From: an uncultured Dehalococcoidia bacterium
GTDB lineage: Bacteria; Chloroflexota; Dehalococcoidia; DSTF01; JALHUB01
Direction of reading: 5' to 3'
Length of the DNA: 57,429 nt
Assembly: GCA_964609465.1 (NCBI GenBank)
Contig: CAZSSQ010000001.1
Location: forward strand, 1 to 57,429
Part shown: in pieces, positions 52,006 to 57,429 of the stretch
Layout of the letters: every line of letters starts with the position of its first letter
Numbering within the stretch: the first letter of the stretch is position 1
Position numbers and translations under genes: made by a program
The notes under the pieces: model-generated
Told to the model about the DNA's origin: nothing
What the model saw: only the letters and a program-made list of their open reading frames with translations
Database searches by the model: none

Positions 52006-53151
52006 ATGTCTATTCCTATGGAACAGGTACGTGATCTTTTCCCGGCAGCCAAGAATACCACCTACTTCGCCAACAACGGCCTCGCCCCGATGCCGACGCC
52101 GGTGACCCAGGCGATACGCGACGCGCTCGAGGGCCTACAGGGGGCTGGCGTGGCGGCGACGCTGCTCGCCGGCCCGCAGGTGGTCAAAGACGCCCGCGCC
52201 AAGACGGCCCGCCTCCTGGGCTGCGACGTGGACGAGGTCGCCTTCTGTCGAAACACCAGCGAGGGGATCGTCTGGACCGCCGATTCCATCCGCTGGCAAC
52301 CAGGGGACGAAGTGCTCCTCTACCAGGGTGAGTATCCCACCGTCCCATACCCCTTCATGATAAAGGAGAGCGAGGGGGTGAAGGCGGTAATAAAACCCAT
52401 GGAGGAGCGGCGCGTTACCCCGGAGATGGTTGAGCGCGACCTTTCGCGGCGCACCCGGCTGCTGGCCATCAGCTTTGTTCAGTTTGACTCCGGCTTCCGC
52501 GCCGACCTCAAGCGGATCAGCGCCGTCTGCCGGGCCAACGGGACGCTCCTGTTGGTAGACGCTATTCAGGGGCTCGGGGCGCTGCCGCTCGACGTCCGGG
52601 ACTGCGGGATCGACTTCCTGGCCGCCGGCACTCACAAGTGGCTCTGGGGGCTCCAGGGCCTCGGCATCTACTATGTCCGGCGGGAGTTGCTCCCCGAGCT
52701 GCGGCCGTTGCACATCGCCCTCGGCTCCATGGTGCACGGCGATGACCCCGAATACCCGAACCAGGAGTACATTTTGGACGTGAAGAAGGACGCCTCCCGG
52801 TTCGAGGAGGGGACCCACAACTACGTCGGGCTTGTGGCGCTCAACGCTGCTCTGAACCTCATCTTTGAGATCGGAGTGGAAGCCATCGCCGCCCGGATCA
52901 AGGGACTGACCGACTTCATGCTCGCCGGCGCCGTCGAGCGTGGGGGAGAGGTGGTCTCACCGCGGGGCCCAGGAGAGTGGTCGGGGATCGTGCTCTGGCG
53001 GCCGCCATCCCGTCGCCCGGCGAAAGAGATCGTCCCCGCGATGCACAGCGAGTTCATCGTGATAAACGAGCGGGAGGACTGCGTGCACGCCGGCATCAAT
53101 GCCTACAACAACGAGGAGGACGTAACCCGCGTCCTTCGGTTCCTGGACTGA
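52006..53151 (+). CDS. Class V aminotransferase / cysteine desulfurase-like PLP enzyme
   Basis: The preferred start is the ATG at 52006 (MSIPMEQVRDLFP), with AGGAGG 8 nt upstream. The PLP-Lys context is FLAAGTHKWLWG. Confidence 0.8.
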   Translation: MSIPMEQVRDLFPAAKNTTYFANNGLAPMPTPVTQAIRDALEGLQGAGVAATLLAGPQVVKDARAKTARLLGCDVDEVAFCRNTSEGIVWTADSIRWQPGDEVLLYQGEYPTVPYPFMIKESEGVKAVIKPMEERRVTPEMVERDLSRRTRLLAISFVQFDSGFRADLKRISAVCRANGTLLLVDAIQGLGALPLDVRDCGIDFLAAGTHKWLWGLQGLGIYYVRRELLPELRPLHIALGSMVHGDDPEYPNQEYILDVKKDASRFEEGTHNYVGLVALNAALNLIFEIGVEAIAARIKGLTDFMLAGAVERGGEVVSPRGPGEWSGIVLWRPPSRRPAKEIVPAMHSEFIVINEREDCVHAGINAYNNEEDVTRVLRFLD

Positions 53152-53258
53152 AGGCTCTGCCGAGCGGCAGCCGGTGCGGGTCGGTCTCTTCGGCCCCATC
53201 GGTGCCTAGGGGCGTGCACCCAGCCGCTCGGGCTGTCGCCACAGCAAGGAGGAAGGCT

Positions 53259-54377
53259 ATGAAGGTCATCGTGCTGGGCGGTGCCGGCGACGTGGGCAGC
53301 CGGACCGTGGAGGACCTGGTTCTCTCGCCGGATGTTGAGATGGTGACCATCGCCGACCGAGACGTGGCCGCCGCCGACAAGCTGGCAGCGACACTACGGG
53401 GCCGCGGCGCCCAGGTTGAAGTTCGGCCGGTCGATGCCAGCGACCAGCGGGCGCTTGTCGAGGCGATGCGAGGGCATGACATCGCCGCCTCAACACTGGG
53501 ACCGTTCTACCGCTTCGAGACGAAGCTGGCATCGGCTGCCATTGAGGCGGGCGTCGACTACGCGAGCATTTGCGACGACTGGAGCGCTGCCCAGGCGGTC
53601 CTGACCGAGTGCGACGAGCCGGCCCGTCGCGCCGGCCGTATCGTCCTCACCGGCCTCGGGACCAGCCCCGGCGTCACCAACGTCGGCATCCGCTATGTGG
53701 CGGGACAGCTCGACCGCATCCGGCGGGTGGACGTCAACGTCTTCCAGCCCCTCAATGCCGGCGGCGGTGAGGCGGTGCTCAAGCACATGCTCTTCATCAC
53801 CAGCGGCCGGGTGGCGGCCTGGCGTCAGGGCGCGCAGGTCATGTTGCCCGCCTGTAGCGAGGCCCGCATCGTGGAGTTCCCGCGCTACGGCCGCATCAAG
53901 GTGTGGAACATGGGCCACACCGAGCCGGTCACCGTCCCCCGCTTCATCCCCGGGCTGGAGGAGTGCAACTTCTTCATGGGCTTTGGGCGTGGCTCCGGCC
54001 TGGTCGTGTGGCCGGCCCGGCGGGGCCTGTTCGGCGGCGACAGGCGTATCGACCTGGTGGCTCGTCTCATGGCACCCATGGAGCGCCTGACCAGCGGCCG
54101 GGAGCCGGCGCTGGGGGCCGTTCGTGTCGATGTGTGGGGCGAGAAAGGTGGGGAGAGGGTACAGCGGACGCTGTGCGGCGTCGGACAGATGCGCGAGGCT
54201 ACCGGCGTTTCCCTTTCCGTGGGCGCCCAGATGCTCGCCCGCAAGGAGATCCTGACGGAGGAAGGCGGCGTCTACGCGCCTGAGGCCTGCCTGAAGCCGG
54301 ATGTCTTCCTGCCGGCGATGAAGGCGAAGGGAGTCGAGGCCTACGAAGACCTGGCCATGACGAAGCCCTTCTTCTAG
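53259..54377 (+). CDS. Saccharopine dehydrogenase-like NAD(P)-binding protein
   Basis: The start is the ATG at 53259 (MKVIVLGGAGDVGSRTVEDL), with AAGGAGGAAGG upstream. The track ORF extension (from 52977) overlaps the preceding gene. Confidence 0.8.
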   Translation: MKVIVLGGAGDVGSRTVEDLVLSPDVEMVTIADRDVAAADKLAATLRGRGAQVEVRPVDASDQRALVEAMRGHDIAASTLGPFYRFETKLASAAIEAGVDYASICDDWSAAQAVLTECDEPARRAGRIVLTGLGTSPGVTNVGIRYVAGQLDRIRRVDVNVFQPLNAGGGEAVLKHMLFITSGRVAAWRQGAQVMLPACSEARIVEFPRYGRIKVWNMGHTEPVTVPRFIPGLEECNFFMGFGRGSGLVVWPARRGLFGGDRRIDLVARLMAPMERLTSGREPALGAVRVDVWGEKGGERVQRTLCGVGQMREATGVSLSVGAQMLARKEILTEEGGVYAPEACLKPDVFLPAMKAKGVEAYEDLAMTKPFF

Positions 54378-54458
54378 GTGCCTAAGCCTCAGGACGGGAG
54401 AGCAATCTGCGGGATGATGGCCATCAACAGAATATCTTCGCGGCGTCTATCTTCGTAG

Positions 54459-54508
54459 GTCGGGGTCTTGAGACCCCGACAGATTCGCGGGGGTCTGAAG
54501 ACCCCCGC
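54459..54508. repeat. Two adjacent, related perfect palindromic hairpins in a convergent intergenic region
   Basis: The hairpins are GTCGGGGTC-ttga-GACCCCGAC (54459-54480) and GCGGGGGTC-tgaa-GACCCCCGC (54487-54508), each with a 9-bp stem. They could act as a bidirectional terminator or be a REP-like element. Confidence 0.5.
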
Positions 54509-54658
54509 CTACAGACGCGGACCAACGACAAGTTGTTTCGGCAAGGACCATAGTCCCGCAGAGTCCAACGGAACAGACGCCAACTCCGGGCCAGTCGCCT
54601 GGGCCGCCAAGGTCCTTGTTCGCGAGGGGCAGGCGAGATGGGCGTTGCCACGCCTGTG

Positions 54659-55897
54659 CTAGGAGAGCCGCTCCTTCAGGATTTGCCCCTCCTTCATCAC
54701 CAGCCGCACGTTGTCTGCCGATTCCAGCACGCTCACATCGTCGGCGGGGTTACCCGCCACCACGATGAGGTCTGCCCACTTGCCCTTCTGGACTGTCCCC
54801 GTGTGGTCGGCCAGGCGCAGGAGCTGTGCGTTGGTGGCCGTCGCGCTGACAATGGCCGCCATGTTGCCCATGATGCGGGCCTTGAGGGTCAGCTCGGTGG
54901 TCTTGAAGGGCTGCATGGGCCCCAGCAGGTCCGAGCCCGACCCGATGGGCACGCCCGCCGCCAGCGCTATGCGCACGCTCTCCGTGGCCCGCTCCTTGGC
55001 GTAGCGGATCTTGCGCCAGTTGAACTCGGGCAGGTGGCCGGCCTCGCCGAAGCGGTCCAGCATCTCGTAGGTGACCATGGTGGGCACCAGGCAGGCGCCC
55101 CGGGCCTTCATCGCCGCTGCCGTATCCTCATCGAGAAAGTTGCCGTGCTCGATGGAGAGGACGCCTGCCTCCAGGGCGTTCCCGATGGCGGTGGGACCGT
55201 AGGCGTGGGCCATGGCGTACCTGCCGGCGGCGTGGGCCTCATAGACGGCCGCCGCCATCTCCTCCACCGTGAACTGGGGGCTGTCGATCTCGTCCGTCGG
55301 GGACATGGCCCCTCCCGATGCTATCAGCTTGATCTGAGTCGCCCCACGGCGGAGCTGCTGCCTGGCGGCGCGGCGGACGGCGTCGACGCCATCGCAGATC
55401 GCAGAGAGGGCGACGAGCCCCGGCACACCCTCGAGCAGGTCGTCCAGGAAGCGGGGCCGCCAGTCGCCGTGGCCGCCAGTCTGGCTGAGGGCGGCGCCGC
55501 TGGGCAGGATGCGCGGCCCCCTCATGTAACCCTCCTCCACGGCTACGGAGAAGCCTGAGTCTATCATCCCGGCGTCCCGCACCGTGGTGAAGCCGGCATC
55601 GAGCGTGGCCTCGATGACCTGCCGGATCCTCATGGCGATTACGGCGGCAGGCTTTCGCATCTCAGCCGTGATGTCCGTACCGATGGCCGCCAGGTGGACG
55701 TGGGCGTCGATGAGGCCGGGCAGCACGCACATGCCCCTGACGTCGATGACGCGGGCGTCGGCAGGAGGCCTGAACCTGCGTGCTGAGGCCACCTTTGTGA
55801 TGTGCTTGCCCTCGACGACGACGGCCATTGCCGATCGCGGGTCAGCGCCCGTGCCGTCGATGAGGGTACCGTTCAAGAGGACGGTGGTTTCGCTCAT
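54659..55897 (-). CDS. Amidohydrolase-family metallo-hydrolase (imidazolonepropionase/prolidase-like)
   Basis: The preferred start is the ATG at 55897 (MSETTVLLNGTLIDGTG), with GGGAGGAG upstream. The metal motif is PGLIDAHVHL. The 680-aa track ORF N-terminus is Arg/Gly/Pro-rich and overlaps the upstream gene. Confidence 0.85.
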   Translation of the reverse strand: MSETTVLLNGTLIDGTGADPRSAMAVVVEGKHITKVASARRFRPPADARVIDVRGMCVLPGLIDAHVHLAAIGTDITAEMRKPAAVIAMRIRQVIEATLDAGFTTVRDAGMIDSGFSVAVEEGYMRGPRILPSGAALSQTGGHGDWRPRFLDDLLEGVPGLVALSAICDGVDAVRRAARQQLRRGATQIKLIASGGAMSPTDEIDSPQFTVEEMAAAVYEAHAAGRYAMAHAYGPTAIGNALEAGVLSIEHGNFLDEDTAAAMKARGACLVPTMVTYEMLDRFGEAGHLPEFNWRKIRYAKERATESVRIALAAGVPIGSGSDLLGPMQPFKTTELTLKARIMGNMAAIVSATATNAQLLRLADHTGTVQKGKWADLIVVAGNPADDVSVLESADNVRLVMKEGQILKERLS

Positions 55898-55938
55898 GTT
55901 CTCCTCCCACGGGTCCGGTTGCGGAAGTCCCCGCAAGC

Positions 55939-57333
55939 CTAATCTCTTTCGCGGCGGACCCGGGCATAGGCTCGGAGGGCGCGTTCGGCGCTGCGGAAGC
56001 TGGGGATGCCCGCTTGCGCCAGGGCGCGGTCCAAAGTCGGGTCGCTCGGGCCGAACGAGACCTGGAGGATGGGCTTGGCCGCTGCCCGCGCCAGGCGGGC
56101 CATGCCCTCGATGTGGCCCTGCCACCCCTGGCCCCGCGCGGCGCCCCCGATGACCACGACCGCGTCCACTCCGGCGTCGCCGGTGGTTGCTTCGACGGCG
56201 CCACGATACGTCTCTGCGACGCCGCCCAGTACAAGCCCGATGTCCACGGGATTGCGCACACTGGTGCCCGCGCTGCCGAGCATCTCGCGCAGGCGTGCCT
56301 GCGTCTCCGGCGACAGCTCCGCCAGCTCCAAGCCGGCCTCCTCGCAGGCGTCCGCGGCGGAGACCGCTGGCCCGCCCGGGCCGGTAACGATGGCCAGGCG
56401 GCGACCGGACGGCCGGCCGAGGTAGCGCAGAGCGACGAGGGTGTCGAGCGATTCCTCCAGATCGCCTACCTGGAGTGCCCCGGCCTGGCGCAGCAAGCCT
56501 GACCACACCTCTGCCTCTCCCGCCAGGGCGCCCGTGTGGGAGCTGGCGGCCCGCGCGCCGCTCCGGGTGCGCCCTACCTTCCAGACAACGAGGTGCTTGC
56601 GGCGTGCTGCCTCGGCGAGGGCGCGCCAGAGGCGTCGGCCGTCTCTGGCGCCCTCGATGTAGGCGGCGATGATCTCCGTCTCGGGGTCCTCGGCCAGACA
56701 CTGCAGGAAGTCCGAGATCTCCAGGTCGGCCTGGTTCCCCACGCTGATGACCTTGCTGAAGGCGAGGCCGCGCTCCGCGCCGCCCCAGACCAGGCCGTTG
56801 CTCAAGGACCCGCTCTGTGAGACGAAGGCGATGGGTCCTTGCTCGGAAGGCATGGCCGGGAAGCTCCCCAGGCCGCTCTTCGGGACGTAGGCGCCCATGC
56901 AGTTGGGGCCCACCAGTCGCAGCCGCCCGCCACGGGCCGCGGCCACAAGCTCGACTTCGCGCGCGCGACCTTCTTCTGTGCCCAGCTCAGAGAAGCCGGC
57001 CGTAAAGACGACGGCCGCCCTCACGCCCTTCTCGGCGCACTCCCGAACCACTGAAACCGCCGCCGCCGCGGGCACCACGATGATGGCCAGGTCCACCGCC
57101 TCCGGCAGGCTCGTCACCGAGGGGTAGCACGGCAGCCCGAGGATCTCCCGAGCGTTCGGATTGACAGGGTAGATGCGCCCACCATAGCCGGGGTCGAGGA
57201 GGGCTTGCAGGAAGAGCTGGCCGGGCCGGGGGGTGCGAGGGACCCCGACTACAGCCACCGACCTGGGCTCGAACAGAGCCTGGGCCGGCAGGCCCAGGCC
57301 GTGTGCGCCCACGCTATCGGAGGGGGAAGGCAT
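55939..57333 (-). CDS. CoA-binding / ADP-forming acyl-CoA synthetase alpha-type protein
   Basis: It shows PRSVAVVGVPR, IYPVNPNAREILGLPCY, DLAIIVVPA, VVFTAGFSE and RLVGPNCMG. The start is uncertain: ATG at 57333, or further upstream up to 57426. Confidence 0.75.
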   Translation of the reverse strand: MPSPSDSVGAHGLGLPAQALFEPRSVAVVGVPRTPRPGQLFLQALLDPGYGGRIYPVNPNAREILGLPCYPSVTSLPEAVDLAIIVVPAAAAVSVVRECAEKGVRAAVVFTAGFSELGTEEGRAREVELVAAARGGRLRLVGPNCMGAYVPKSGLGSFPAMPSEQGPIAFVSQSGSLSNGLVWGGAERGLAFSKVISVGNQADLEISDFLQCLAEDPETEIIAAYIEGARDGRRLWRALAEAARRKHLVVWKVGRTRSGARAASSHTGALAGEAEVWSGLLRQAGALQVGDLEESLDTLVALRYLGRPSGRRLAIVTGPGGPAVSAADACEEAGLELAELSPETQARLREMLGSAGTSVRNPVDIGLVLGGVAETYRGAVEATTGDAGVDAVVVIGGAARGQGWQGHIEGMARLARAAAKPILQVSFGPSDPTLDRALAQAGIPSFRSAERALRAYARVRRERD

Positions 57334-57429
57334 TCGATGAGCACTCCAGGTCGCAGCAGGCGGGCGCCATCGGCGCCGCCAGATGGATGGCGGCCACATC
57401 ATCCCTGGGGAGAACCCCAGTGTCAACTT

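Noticed and set aside
49136-52061. Two long minus-strand ORFs (49136-50440 and 50604-52061)
   Set aside because: Both mirror the two LivJ-type SBP genes. Their similarity to each other simply reflects the duplication on the plus strand.
55898-56701. N-terminal 268-aa extension of the amidohydrolase ORF; similar long 5' extensions occur at 28953-29099, 44802-45050, 52977-53258 and 51958-52005
   Set aside because: The extensions are Arg/Gly/Pro-rich and overlap upstream genes. They precede internal ATGs that have good Shine-Dalgarno sequences and family-typical N-termini.

Overview
This is a high-GC, gene-dense window whose housekeeping and accessory content looks bacterial. It carries Dpp-type ABC permeases with a Tat/lipoprotein binding protein, an L,D-transpeptidase, an M23 peptidase, a MacB/FtsX ABC pair, F420-type enzymes, and GH1 and GH57 glycosidases. 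A Chloroflexota-like origin is my inference only.

The standout is 12.3-21.7 kb on the minus strand: a complete euryarchaeal-type archaellum (archaeal flagellum) locus.
- Two tandem archaellin paralogs, each with its own conserved leader and downstream hairpin.
- Behind them, a tightly packed arlC/D/E-like, arlF, arlG, arlH, arlI, arlJ block.
- The block runs without a real gap into an acidic low-complexity protein and a membrane-anchored M23 (LytM-type) peptidase that carries a degenerate amidase-like domain. This may be a peptidoglycan-crossing adaptation.
- No prepilin peptidase, che genes, bacterial flagellar genes or mobile-element genes are visible in the window.

Other notable blocks:
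- A LarA-like / FrhB-like / IorAB / MobA operon at 5.1-10.9 kb.
- A thiolase + HMGCS-like::DUF35 fusion cluster with aminotransferase, dehydrogenase and TPP enzyme at 23.5-30.4 kb.
- A lipid-linked glycosylation island at 32.8-39.1 kb. It includes a GT-C membrane protein with a degenerate WWDYG-like motif and could supply archaellin glycosylation.
- Tandem orphan LivJ-type binding proteins at 49.1-51.9 kb.

I recognised no rRNA, tRNA, CRISPR array, transposase or integrase. Many long ORFs in the track are antisense or out-of-frame high-GC artefacts and were rejected. All calls come from reading the translated sequence by eye; no database search was run.
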